From: Candidatus Parcubacteria bacterium
GTDB taxonomy: Bacteria; Patescibacteriota; Patescibacteriia; Patescibacteriales; UBA12075
DNA: 64,000 nucleotides
Reading direction: 5' to 3'
Assembly (NCBI GenBank): GCA_963814275.1
Contig: CAWFCE010000001.1
Location: 67,307 to 131,306 of the forward strand
In this document: one piece after another, positions 18,729 to 28,210 of the stretch
How the letters are laid out: every line of letters begins with the position of its first letter
Numbering within the stretch: position 1 is the stretch's first letter
Made by a program: the position numbers and the translations under genes
Notes under the pieces: generated by a model
The model's input: only the letters and a program-made list of their open reading frames with translations
Told to the model about the DNA's origin: nothing
Databases searched by the model: none

Positions 18729-21173
18729 ATGTATCTCTCTCTAAACTGGTTAAAAGATTTCGTTTCCCTGCCCCGGTCGCTCAAGCCGGAAGAGCTGGCG
18801 GTCAAATTGACGATGCATACGGTCGAGATCGACGGCGTCACCCGGGAAGCGGAAAAATACAAGAACGTGGTTGTCGGCAGGATATTGGCGGTCAAACCCC
18901 ATCCCAATGCCGATAAATTGCAGCTGGCCGAAGTCGATGTGAAATCGGAAACTCTGGAAATAGTCTGCGGCGCGCCGAATATCGAAGCCGGCCAGCATGT
19001 GCCGGTCGCTTTGGTCGGCGCCGTCCTGCCCAACGGGCTTATGATCAAGGAAGCGGAGATACGCGGAATGAAATCGCGCGGCATGCTGTGCGCCGAAGAC
19101 GAACTGGGGCTGGGCGAAGACCACGCGGGAATCATGGTCCTCGGCGGCAAAGCCAAAATCGGACAGCCATTTGCCGATTATCTCGGAGTCAAAGACGTCG
19201 TATTCGAAGTAGACAACAAATCGATCACCCATCGGCCGGACCTCTGGAGCCATTACGGCATGGCACGCGAAATAGCCGCTTTCCTGGATTGCCCCTTCAA
19301 GGCCATTAGCCCCGCGCCCGTGAAGGTATCCGCCAAGAATAAGGACAAAAACCGCATTTCACTTACGGTGAAAGTCGATGACCACAAGCTTTGTCCCCGC
19401 TATATGGCCGTGGCCATCGGCAATATCAAGATCGAACCTTCTCCCCAGTGGCTGCAGGACCGCCTGGTCGCGGCCGGAACCAGGCCAATCAATAATATCG
19501 TCGATGTGACCAATTATGTGATGCTGGAGCTGGGACAGCCCCTGCATGCTTTTGGCGCCTCATTGATCACCCGCTCCAAAACCGATAACGGCCAAGCGAA
19601 TATTCTGGTCAGGAAGGCCAAGAAAGGGGAGAAGATAACTACCTTGGACGGAGTGAACAGGGATCTGCGCGAAGATATGCTTCTCATCACCGACGGCGAG
19701 CGGCCGATAGCGATTGCCGGCGTTATGGGCGGGGAAAACAGCGAAGTAAAAGAAGATACCGAGACAGTGATATTGGAGTCGGCCAATTTCGACCATGTGT
19801 CCATCCGCCTGACCTCGGCCGCGCTGGACCTGAAAACAGAAGCGGCCAAGCGCTACGAAAAATCCCTTGACCCCAATCTGGCCGAATTGGCCCTCTGCCG
19901 CGCCGTCGAACTTATCAAAAAGATCCTGCCGCAAGCGGCGGTAGTCAGCGAGATCGCCGATGTCAAACAATTCACGCTCAATCAGGGTCCGGTAAATATC
20001 GACTGGGACTGGCTTGGGAAATTCCTTGGCCAGGAATTGGATAGGGACCGGGTGCTTAAGACTTTGGCCGCTCTCGGCTTTACTGTCATTCAGGACGATA
20101 AGCTCCTCAAGGTATCGATACCGACCTGGCGCGCGACCAAAGACATTTCGATCCGCGAGGATATTGCCGAAGAAATTGCCCGCCTGTTCGGCTACGGTAA
20201 TTTCAAGCCATCCATGCCGCAGGTGGAAATGGCCACCCCGGAGATCAACCGGCCGCGTTTGCTCGAACGGCGCATAAAGACCATTTTAGCCGGCGCCGGA
20301 TTGGCCGAGGTATACAATTATTCTTTTGTCGGCGAGGACCAGCTCAAAAAAATGGGCATTGACCATCGCCGCCACTTGCGCCTGTTGAATCCGGTCAACC
20401 GCCACCAGGGCCTCCTAAGGCAATCGCTGGCGCCGAATCTGCTCTTAAATATTCCGACCAACCAGGCCCGTTACGGCAATATCCGCTTGTTCGAGGTCGG
20501 CAGCGTATTTTTGCCGATCGAGGGCGGGATCAATAGGGATGACCAGGGCGGCCATTTGCCCTACCAGGAAGACCGGCTGGGCGTATTGGCGGCCGGTGAT
20601 CCGGGCGATGATGTTTTCGGCACCGTTAAAGGGTTATTGGCTTTTCTGCTGGAAAGGCTTAACTTGGAGGTTGTTTATAATGCATTAGAACACGGACCGA
20701 ACTGGGCGGAACCGGGACAAAGCGCGGAAATCAGCGTCTTCAGCCAGTCGATCGGCACTGTCGCCAAGGCTGGTGTTGCCTGCGCCAAAAAATGCGGGAT
20801 AAAAAAGGCGGCCGCGGTCGCAGAGCTTAGCCTGCCCAAGCTTTTGAAATTGTATTCGCAATATAGCGCAAAGAAATTCCGGGAATTCGCCAAGTATCCG
20901 CCGCTAGTCAGGGATTTGGCTTTTATTGTCAGGGAAAACATAATATACAACGATATATTCCGTGAGATATCCGATTTTCACGAGTATATCCGCTCGGTGG
21001 AATTATTCGACGTATATCATGGGGAGAAATTGGGCAAAAGCAACAAGAGCCTGGCTTTTCACGTCGCCTATCAGGCGGACCGCACCCTGGCCGGGGATGA
21101 AGTAGACAAGATACAGGCCGGATTGGTCAAACATTTGGAAGACAAGTTCGAGGCGAAGGTGAGGAATTTTTAA
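18729..21173 (+). CDS. pheT: Phenylalanine--tRNA ligase beta subunit
   Basis: 814 aa. It starts MYLSLNWLKDFV, has the tRNA-binding domain VVGRILAVKPHPNADKLQLAEVDV, and shows B3/4, B5 and C-terminal anticodon-binding-like regions. Confidence 0.95.
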   Translation: MYLSLNWLKDFVSLPRSLKPEELAVKLTMHTVEIDGVTREAEKYKNVVVGRILAVKPHPNADKLQLAEVDVKSETLEIVCGAPNIEAGQHVPVALVGAVLPNGLMIKEAEIRGMKSRGMLCAEDELGLGEDHAGIMVLGGKAKIGQPFADYLGVKDVVFEVDNKSITHRPDLWSHYGMAREIAAFLDCPFKAISPAPVKVSAKNKDKNRISLTVKVDDHKLCPRYMAVAIGNIKIEPSPQWLQDRLVAAGTRPINNIVDVTNYVMLELGQPLHAFGASLITRSKTDNGQANILVRKAKKGEKITTLDGVNRDLREDMLLITDGERPIAIAGVMGGENSEVKEDTETVILESANFDHVSIRLTSAALDLKTEAAKRYEKSLDPNLAELALCRAVELIKKILPQAAVVSEIADVKQFTLNQGPVNIDWDWLGKFLGQELDRDRVLKTLAALGFTVIQDDKLLKVSIPTWRATKDISIREDIAEEIARLFGYGNFKPSMPQVEMATPEINRPRLLERRIKTILAGAGLAEVYNYSFVGEDQLKKMGIDHRRHLRLLNPVNRHQGLLRQSLAPNLLLNIPTNQARYGNIRLFEVGSVFLPIEGGINRDDQGGHLPYQEDRLGVLAAGDPGDDVFGTVKGLLAFLLERLNLEVVYNALEHGPNWAEPGQSAEISVFSQSIGTVAKAGVACAKKCGIKKAAAVAELSLPKLLKLYSQYSAKKFREFAKYPPLVRDLAFIVRENIIYNDIFREISDFHEYIRSVELFDVYHGEKLGKSNKSLAFHVAYQADRTLAGDEVDKIQAGLVKHLEDKFEAKVRNF

Positions 21174-21280
21174 CTGTTGATGTTTTTAATTATCAGCAAC
21201 CCAGTGACTCAATCAATTTTCTAATTGACTAATTGTCTAAATTATCCGTTTCTTGTTATTAGCCAATTAGAGAATTGATA

Positions 21281-21337
21281 ATTGATTGAAAACCTGCCTG
21301 CCGGCAGGCAGCTTGGATTATTGGATTAGTGAAAATT
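21281..21337. repeat. Solitary arm of the IVS-type hairpin, carrying a nested 20-nt GC-rich palindrome
   Basis: attgattgaaaa[cctgcctgccggcaggcagc]ttggattattggattagtgaaaatt equals 10510-10546 apart from the bracketed insertion (21293-21312) and one mismatch. Confidence 0.8.
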
Positions 21338-21366
21338 ATTTAAAGATTATATAAAATCTAAAAATT

Positions 21367-21651
21367 ATGTTTGAAAATTCCAAAGATTTATTGAACATTG
21401 CCATTGCCCTGTCCGTTTTCGGCTTTGCCGTTTTTTCCTGCTGGGCGATCTATTATCTGGCCCGGATCTTGGGTACGGTATTCGGCGCGGTCAAAGACAT
21501 GCGCGACCGCCTGCACAAGCTTGATGAGCTGATCAAAGCGATCAAGGACAAGATCGAACATTCAACCTCTTATCTTCTGCTTATCAGCGAAGGGGTCAAG
21601 AAACTGGTCGAGGTGATTAAGGAGCATACGGACAAAGGCAAGGATAAATGA
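21367..21651 (+). CDS. Small membrane/coiled-coil protein (hypothetical)
   Basis: 94 aa with one N-terminal hydrophobic hairpin (IAIALSVFGFAVFSCWAIYYLARILGTVFG) followed by a charged helix. Confidence 0.5.
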   Translation: MFENSKDLLNIAIALSVFGFAVFSCWAIYYLARILGTVFGAVKDMRDRLHKLDELIKAIKDKIEHSTSYLLLISEGVKKLVEVIKEHTDKGKDK

Positions 21652-21696
21652 TGCGACTTGTAAATTTCATGTTAATATCATGAATAGAGTTTTATT

Positions 21697-21827
21697 AATT
21701 TTCAATAATCCAATTATCCAAACAATATTAAATTTTCAATATCAAATATTTAAACTGTGCAATTTGAAAATTGGATATTAGATATTTGATATTTATTGAA
21801 AATTGGGTTACTGGATTATTGAAAATT
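21697..21827. repeat. Empty copy of the IVS-type hairpin: both arms are present with no ORF between them
   Basis: The left arm aattttcaataatccaattatccaaacaatatt resembles 10068-10100. The right arm attgaaaattgggttactggattattgaaaatt resembles 10515-10546. Confidence 0.7.
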
Positions 21828-21861
21828 AAAAAAGACGGTTATTTTAATTAACCGTCTTTTT
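21828..21861. terminator. Bidirectional rho-independent terminator; it serves topA on the minus strand
   Basis: The stem aagacggtta / taaccgtctt is flanked by an A-run and a T-run, 37 nt beyond the topA stop. Confidence 0.7.
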
Positions 21862-21897
21862 AAATACTATATTTTGATCTATAAATAATTCACGATC

Positions 21898-24135
21898 TTA
21901 GCCACTGCATTCCTTATTCGAGCATTTGGGGCCGGACTTGGCTTCGACCATCAGAGATCCGCAAACCGGGCATTTTTCTCCGGTCGGTTTTGCCCAAAAG
22001 GCTGTTTTGCAGTCAGGATAGCGGTTGCAGGCGTAGAATATGCCCCGCCGCGAACGCTTCTGGACGATATCGCCCTCACCGCATTTGGGGCACTTGATGC
22101 CGGTGGCGCCGCCGTTTTCCTGGATATTCTTGATATTTTTGCATTTGGGATAGGCCGAGCAGGCCAGGAAGGGCCCGAATTTCCCGTTTTTGATCGCCAT
22201 GTCGGCGCCGCATTTGTCGCATTTTTCGTCTTTGTATTTGTCCTGGAGTTTTTTCAGTTTTTCTTCCGTTTCCGGATCGGTATTCGCGCCATTACCGCCC
22301 ATTCCTTTGATGTTCTTGCATTCGGGATAGGCCGAGCAGGCCAGGAACTTGCCCCAGCGGCCGATCTTCACCACCATGGGGGCGCCGCATTTGTCGCATT
22401 TTTCTTCGGATTTTTCTTCAGGCATAATATCGGATTTATTTACTTCATTATATTTGATTTCCAGATTGGCGTGGAACGGGCTATAAAAGTCTTTGATGAC
22501 CGGGCGCCAGCTGTTTTCGCCGGCGGCGATCCGGTCAAAATCGGTCTCCATCAGGGCGGTGAATTCATAATCGATTATGCGCGGGAAATGATTGACCAAG
22601 AGGTCTACCACCACATAGGCGATATCGGTAGGGAAGAGTTTTTTGTTCTCATCGCGCTGGACATAGTTGCGTTCGATAATGGTCGCGATCGTAGGCGCAT
22701 AGGTGGAAGGACGGCCGATGCCGTATTTTTCCAGGATTTTGACCAGGCCGGCATCGCTGTACCTGCCCGGCGGCTTGGTGTAGTGTTCATCTTTGTCGAG
22801 GCGATGCAGTTCTAGGGCTTCCCCGTTATTTACCCGGGGCAAGACCACTTCAGTGGATTGTTCCGGATAGATCTTCAGGTAACCGTCGAATTCCATGGTC
22901 TGGCCGGTGGCGCGGAATTGATAGACGGTGTCGCGGGCTTCGATATCAACGGCGGTGGCGTTCATGACCGCTTCCGGCATCTGGCCGGCCAGGGCGCGCT
23001 GCCAGATCAGTTTGTAGAGCCGGTATTGGTTGCGTTCCAGTTTGCTTTCGAGTTTTTCCGGATCGAGTCCGGCATCGGTCGGCCGGACGGCTTCGTGGGC
23101 TTCCTGCGCTCCTTTGGCGGTGGTTTTGAACTGGCGCGGTTTTTTGAGGGCGTATTTTTCTCCCAGGGTTTCGTGCAGATAATCCCGGGCTTCGTTCAGG
23201 AATTTGCCAGCCAGGAATACGGAATCCGTACGCATATATGTGATATAGCCGTTTTCGTAGAGCTGTTGGGCGATTCTCATGGTCTGTTTGGCGCTCATGC
23301 CCAGCCAGCGGTTGGCGGTCTGCTGGAGGGTGGAGGTGGTAAATGGCCGGGGCGGGTTTTTCTTCAGCTGTTTCCTGTCGACGCTGGCGACAACATATTC
23401 GGCACCATTGAGATCGGCAGTGATCTTGTCGGCCTGGGCCTTGTTTTTGATCGCCAGCTTGTCCAGCGTCTTGCCTTCGATCCGGCTCAATTTGGCCCGG
23501 AATATTTCCTTTGCCTGGTCTTCGCTGATCGCGGCATTGTCAAGCCGGGAAAAATCCGCTTCGATCGTCCAATATTCCTCCGGCTGAAAAGCCTTGATCT
23601 CCCGCTCCCTTTCCACTACCAGTCGGACCGCGACGCTTTGCACCCGGCCGGCAGACAAGCCGCGGGAAACTTTTTTCCAGAGAAATGGCGATAGTTCGTA
23701 GCCAACCAGACGGTCGAGAATGCGGCGGGCCTGCTGGGCATCCACCAGCCCCATATCGATCGTGCGCGGCTTTTTCAGGGCGGCCAGAATGGCGTCTTTG
23801 GTGATTTCGTGGAAAACAATGCGGCCGGCGGTTTCCGGATTTATATCGAGCGCTTCGGCCAGATGCCAGGCGATTGCTTCTCCTTCGCGGTCTTCGTCAG
23901 TCGCCAGTATGACATTGTCGGCTTTTTGCGCCAAAGTCTTCAATTTGCTTACATTTTTGCGCGCCGCCGCCGGTATTTCATAAGTGGGCTCGAAATCGTT
24001 TTCGATATCGATCCCCATTACTTTCTTGGGCAGGTCGCGGATATGTCCGAAGGAGGATTCGATCTTGAACCCTTTACCCAGGAATTTGCCAAGCGTCTTG
24101 GCTTTGGTCGGACTTTCGACGATGATTAGATCCAT
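21898..24135 (-). CDS. topA: DNA topoisomerase I with C-terminal C4 zinc ribbons
   Basis: 745 aa. It starts MDLIIVESPTKAKTLGKFLG...GHIRDLP (Toprim) and contains YITYMRTDS (active-site Tyr region). The C-terminus has four C..C...C..C ribbons. Confidence 0.95.
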   Translation of the reverse strand: MDLIIVESPTKAKTLGKFLGKGFKIESSFGHIRDLPKKVMGIDIENDFEPTYEIPAAARKNVSKLKTLAQKADNVILATDEDREGEAIAWHLAEALDINPETAGRIVFHEITKDAILAALKKPRTIDMGLVDAQQARRILDRLVGYELSPFLWKKVSRGLSAGRVQSVAVRLVVEREREIKAFQPEEYWTIEADFSRLDNAAISEDQAKEIFRAKLSRIEGKTLDKLAIKNKAQADKITADLNGAEYVVASVDRKQLKKNPPRPFTTSTLQQTANRWLGMSAKQTMRIAQQLYENGYITYMRTDSVFLAGKFLNEARDYLHETLGEKYALKKPRQFKTTAKGAQEAHEAVRPTDAGLDPEKLESKLERNQYRLYKLIWQRALAGQMPEAVMNATAVDIEARDTVYQFRATGQTMEFDGYLKIYPEQSTEVVLPRVNNGEALELHRLDKDEHYTKPPGRYSDAGLVKILEKYGIGRPSTYAPTIATIIERNYVQRDENKKLFPTDIAYVVVDLLVNHFPRIIDYEFTALMETDFDRIAAGENSWRPVIKDFYSPFHANLEIKYNEVNKSDIMPEEKSEEKCDKCGAPMVVKIGRWGKFLACSAYPECKNIKGMGGNGANTDPETEEKLKKLQDKYKDEKCDKCGADMAIKNGKFGPFLACSAYPKCKNIKNIQENGGATGIKCPKCGEGDIVQKRSRRGIFYACNRYPDCKTAFWAKPTGEKCPVCGSLMVEAKSGPKCSNKECSG

Positions 24136-24136
24136 G

Positions 24137-24221
24137 GATTTGAAAATTTGAAATTAGAAATTTGAAATTAGAAATTCGGACATAAGCAAATAAACGAATT
24201 TCTAATTTCCAGTTTCCAATT
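24137..24221. repeat. Short-period AT-rich hairpin of the GAAATTAGAAAT family
   Basis: ggatttgaaaatttgaaattagaaatttgaaattagaaattcg pairs with cgaatttctaatttccagtttccaatt. Related words occur at 35285-35430 and 37027-37195. Confidence 0.65.
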
Positions 24222-25323
24222 ACCGCGTAATCACATACTCCATATTCCCCAAATTCCTTACCAATCCTTTCATTTCCATCATTGTCAATGTTGCATTAAT
24301 AGCAGACGGGGTTAGTTTTGTCAAGCGTATGAGGTCGTCTATGTGGCGCGGATCGCGCGCCAGGTGCTTGAGGAGAAGCGCCTCTTCCTCAGTGGCGGGA
24401 ATCAGCTTTTTGTTATCGATATGCTGGCAGGTCGTTTTTACGTCGAGCGTTTCCAGGATATCCATAATTTCCAACACAGCCATCGCGCCTTGGCGGATCA
24501 GCCGGTTTGTTCCTTTGGAAGTAGGTGAATAGATGCTGCCGGGAACGGCAAAAACTTCGCGGTTTTGCTCCAGGGCGTATCGGGCGGTAATCAGGGCGCC
24601 TGATCGTTCACCGGCTTCGACCACCAAAGTCCCCAGGGCCAGTCCGGCGATAATACGGTTCCGCTGGGGGAAGTTGGACCGCCAGGGAGGCGTATCAAGG
24701 GGGAATTCGGAAATTACCGCCCCTTGGGCGGAAATTATTTTTTGCGCCAAATATCGGTTCGACGATGGATACAGGGAATTATTGTTAACGCCGGTTCCGA
24801 GCACGGCAACAGTACGGCCGCCGGCCTTGATGCACGCGGCATGGGCTAGCGTATCCGTACCCAGGGCCAGGCCGCTTACGACCGTAAGGCTCTCCCGGGC
24901 CAGGCCAACGGCCATCTGTTCGGCTACCTGCCGGCCATAGGCGCTTACCATTCTCGTGCCGACTACGGCGACTGCCAGATCATCGCCATCCTCCATGATG
25001 CCTTTGGTATATAGTAATTGAGGGGGATTATAGATTTCCTTGAGGAGTGCCGGATAGCGTTCGTCGTGCAGGCCAATCACGTTTATTTCTTCCTGACCGA
25101 GCCGTTCCATGATCCGATCGGGAGTGATATCCGGCCTGAAGGCAACGAATTCGTCCGCCACTTTTGTCTCGATGCCCGCCGCAGCCAGATTTTTCGGGCC
25201 GGCATTAAAGGCCTCCTTGGCGCCGGGGAAATATTTCAGCAAAGCATTCAGGCGCCGCGGGCCGAATTTGGGAAAATGTGAAAGAGCAATCTCGTACTTG
25301 AGGTCGAGGTTGGAAAATCTCAT
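24220..25323 (-). CDS. dprA: DNA-processing protein DprA (Smf)
   Basis: 367 aa. It carries the Rossmann-like core VVSGLALGTDTLAHAACIKAGGRTVAVLGTGVN...PSSNRYLAQKI and a C-terminal winged-helix-like tail. Confidence 0.9.
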   Translation of the reverse strand: MRFSNLDLKYEIALSHFPKFGPRRLNALLKYFPGAKEAFNAGPKNLAAAGIETKVADEFVAFRPDITPDRIMERLGQEEINVIGLHDERYPALLKEIYNPPQLLYTKGIMEDGDDLAVAVVGTRMVSAYGRQVAEQMAVGLARESLTVVSGLALGTDTLAHAACIKAGGRTVAVLGTGVNNNSLYPSSNRYLAQKIISAQGAVISEFPLDTPPWRSNFPQRNRIIAGLALGTLVVEAGERSGALITARYALEQNREVFAVPGSIYSPTSKGTNRLIRQGAMAVLEIMDILETLDVKTTCQHIDNKKLIPATEEEALLLKHLARDPRHIDDLIRLTKLTPSAINATLTMMEMKGLVRNLGNMEYVITR

Positions 25324-25528
25324 TATTTATTCACGGAAAGGTATTGTTATTTTTTTAATATTGTTTATATGAATAACCGCATGATGGCAAGAATAGAAAA
25401 AAATAGATGTTAGATATTCGGTATTTATTTTAAATATCCAATTTTTAATCTCTGGCCCAAAATTACTCCCTAAGTTATTTGTATTATTGAATAATATTCA
25501 ATATATAATGTATATTATTTTACCCCCC

Positions 25529-25557
25529 TTGACATTACCGTGAATTTATGCTAACAT
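25529..25557 (+). promoter_or_regulatory. Candidate sigma70-type promoter with an extended -10
   Basis: TTGACA (25529-25534), a 17-nt spacer ending in TGc, then TAACAT (25552-25557). No plus-strand CDS lies downstream. Confidence 0.45.
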
Positions 25558-25564
25558 AATATGT

Positions 25565-25971
25565 TATTTAAAAAGCTGAATTTATAATCGGTTTTCGTGT
25601 CTGGCAGCCGGATTTCTGCTTGTCCTACGTGCGTATGTACAAACACTTGTCCTCCTTGGGTGTTTGCTATGTATAGTCGCGGACGGACAAGCAGTAATGC
25701 GTCGGACAGCCATATTATCAGTTGATAAATGTCGGATGAGAACAAAATAAGACGGTTGCAAAAAATCATAATTATGTTCTATAATAGCATATATCGCGTT
25801 TTTTATACAGACTTTATCGCCAAACGCATCCAGACCATTACCTAGGAGTGGGCTGAAGCGATCTCCCCTCCTTGATCGCGGAAGCCTTAATAGGGGGTTT
25901 TCCCCCTGCTTCTAGGTATTGGTCTGGATAGGAAAAACATCGAAAAAACCGCCCCGATCGGGGCGGTTTTT
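25565..25971 (+). ncRNA. Candidate structured non-coding RNA of unknown class; the strand is tentative
   Basis: It is bounded by the promoter above and a strong terminator. It contains an extended stem (CUGCUUGUCC/GGACAAGCAG plus UGGC/GCCA and CCGG/UCGG) and a Y-shaped element closed by a 21-bp stem (25828-25848 with 25909-25929). Two hairpin loops carry CCUCCUUG. Confidence 0.35.
25949..25971. terminator. Bidirectional rho-independent terminator
   Basis: The stem ccgcccc-gat-cggggcgg has an A6 run upstream and a T5 run downstream. It lies 13 nt beyond the pth stop on the minus strand. Confidence 0.8.
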
Positions 25972-25983
25972 CTATTATTATTT

Positions 25984-26535
25984 TTATAGGTTTTGTTCCT
26001 GGACCATCCGGGAAATAGCGCTTTTTATGGTTTCAAGCTCGCCAGCGGTGAATTTGGCCAGCACATAGTTCCGGGCCGGCATCCGGTCGGGTTTATCGCC
26101 CATGATGCCGATACGCCAGCGGCGGAAGTTCTTGGTTTTAAGATGGGCGATGATCGACTCGACGCCGCGGTGGCCCGCTGAACGCGAATCGACCGATAAT
26201 TTGTATTTTCCCAATGCGATATCGATATCGTCATTGATTACCGTCAAGGTCGGGGACAAGTCGGAATTCCTGGCGGTCAAAAGGGCGAATTTTTTCGGTA
26301 ATAATTTATAGTAATTCATGGCCAGGGCGGCCGCCACGCCGGAATTGTTCATAAAAGTCATTGGTTTAAGCAGGACGATATCATCGCCTTTCGCGATTTC
26401 GGATTTCAATTTTTTATTGGCCTCCCAGGATAATCCGTATTTTTCCGCCAAAGCATCAATCGCCATAAAACCGGCATTATGGCGGGTCTTTTCGTATTCT
26501 TTCCCCGGATTGCCCAAACCGACAATTATTTTCAT
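25984..26535 (-). CDS. pth: Peptidyl-tRNA hydrolase
   Basis: 183 aa starting MKIIVGLGNPGKEYEKTRHNAGF, which is the canonical N-terminus. Confidence 0.95.
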   Translation of the reverse strand: MKIIVGLGNPGKEYEKTRHNAGFMAIDALAEKYGLSWEANKKLKSEIAKGDDIVLLKPMTFMNNSGVAAALAMNYYKLLPKKFALLTARNSDLSPTLTVINDDIDIALGKYKLSVDSRSAGHRGVESIIAHLKTKNFRRWRIGIMGDKPDRMPARNYVLAKFTAGELETIKSAISRMVQEQNL

Positions 26536-26637
26536 ATCCGTATCTTATAAATCTTATTAATCCCTGCAAATAATTAAGCCATTTAGCCGTGTTCAAGATG
26601 GGCAGGGATTTATATGATTTATATGATTATTTTTTAT

Positions 26638-28127
26638 TTATTGAATGTTTTCCGTGGTATGCTTGCCGTGTATCTTTCGTTCCTTTTCGACATAGATCTT
26701 TATCGGGGTGCCCTCGAAGCCGAATTTTTCCCGCAAGCGGTTCTCGATAAAGCGAAGATACGAGTCAATGAGCGAATCGCGCGGTCCCACCCGGACCATG
26801 AAAGCCGGCGGGTTGACTCCGGTCTGCTTGATCTCATAGATGTGCGGCCGTTTATTTCCCGCCCGGGCCGGGGGAGAATGGCGTTTGATCAGCTGGCCCA
26901 GGAATTTGCCCAAAGAGCTGTCGCTGATCCGGTTCTCCCGGGCTGATGCGATTTCCAGCACCAGGGTAAACAATTTGTTGACCTTCGCGCCGGTCAATGC
27001 GGAAACGAATTGGATGGGAGTCCAGGTAGCGAAGGGAAAGTGGGAATAGATAAGCTCCGTATAGTGTTTCGTATTCCGGTCGGGGACAAGATCCCATTTG
27101 TTGGCGACGATCGCCAGGCCGACCCCGCGGGATACTACCGCCTCGAGCAGGCGCGTTTCCTGCCGAGTGATCGGTTCGTTTATGTCTATCACCAGGATGG
27201 CGATATCGGCCCGTTTGACCGCGGCCAGGGATTTCAGGATGCTGAATTTTTCCAGGGTTTCCCGGTAGGACCGGCGGCGGGCGGATTGCTGGCCGCGCCG
27301 GCTGATGCCGGCGGTATCGACCAGCGTAATCCTTCGGCCCTGGTAGGACAATTCGGTATCTATCGGTTCGCGGGTGGTGTGGGGAACCGGCGAAACGATC
27401 ACGCGGTCTTCTCCCAGGAGCGCGTTGACCAGGCTTGATTTGCCGACATTCGGCTTGCCGATGATCGATATGCGGATAGGGCCCGCCGGCTCCGTATCAT
27501 CTTTTTTGTCTTTTTCCGGAATGTCGGCCGGAAGACGCGTTGCTTTCCTCCCCCTTTTTTTGGCAGCTTGCTGACGAGCAGATCCAGGAGGTCGCCGGTA
27601 CCGGAGCCGTTGGCCGCGGATAGCGGCATCGGTTCGCCCAGCCCCAAGCGATTGAAATCCGCCGTTTGCAGCCTGAGTGATGGCTTGTCGGCCTTATTTG
27701 CCGCCAGAATAACGCGTTTTTCCGTTTGAGGTATGATCTTTTTGAGGTATAGGGCCAGTTCTTTGTCTATCGGCAGGGTCCCGGATTTGACATCGACCAG
27801 GAACAAAATCAAATCGGCCCGCTCGAGTAATCGGCGGGCTTGTTTTTGCGCCTGGGCGTCAATATCGACGGCTGTTCGATTCTGCCGCGGCCGGTGAAGG
27901 TCGATGATGCCGCCGGTATCGGCCAAATTCATGTCCCGGCCGTTCCAGGAAATGCGCCTGATACTGTAGTCGCGGGTCGTGCCGGGCGCGGCTGAAGTCA
28001 ACGCCTGCCGGCTTTCCGTGAGGCAGTTGAACAAAGTCGATTTGCCGACATTGGTCCGGCCGAAGATGACAACCAAGGGAAGTTTTTTTTCAGAATTAGA
28101 ATTAGTCATATCATATGCATATAACAC
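26638..28127 (-). CDS. der: Ribosome-biogenesis GTPase Der (EngA), interrupted by a 1-nt frameshift between GTPase domains 1 and 2
   Basis: ORF 27399..28127 gives GD1 (GRTNVGKSTLFN, DTGG, NKAD). The G1 motif of GD2 (IRISIIGKPNVGKSSLVNALLGEDRVIVSPVP) is in the frame of ORF 26638..27402, upstream of its annotated start. The frames switch at the A7G5 tract (plus-strand C5T7, 27550-27561). A KH-like C-terminal domain is present. Confidence 0.85.
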
Positions 28128-28210
28128 ATATCACATAGCACATAAAATGTAGCATGTATCACGTAACATGTAACGTCTAATATATTTGCACGTAAGCGTG
28201 CTGCGTGGAA

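Noticed and set aside
22858-23694. Large antisense ORFs in housekeeping genes: 22858..23694 plus in topA, 31332..32048 minus in hisS, 35533..36384 plus in rel, 50499..51230 minus in ftsA, 14101..14784 minus in the helicase, and 61497..62087 minus in nrdG.
   Set aside because: Each lies opposite a gene with unambiguous family motifs, and none has motifs of its own.
25551-25769. A 72-aa minus-strand ORF in the dprA-pth spacer, including an internal AAGGAGG-GTG mini-ORF.
   Set aside because: It has no recognisable motifs, odd composition, and overlaps dense RNA secondary structure. I treated the locus as a non-coding candidate, although a small peptide cannot be excluded.
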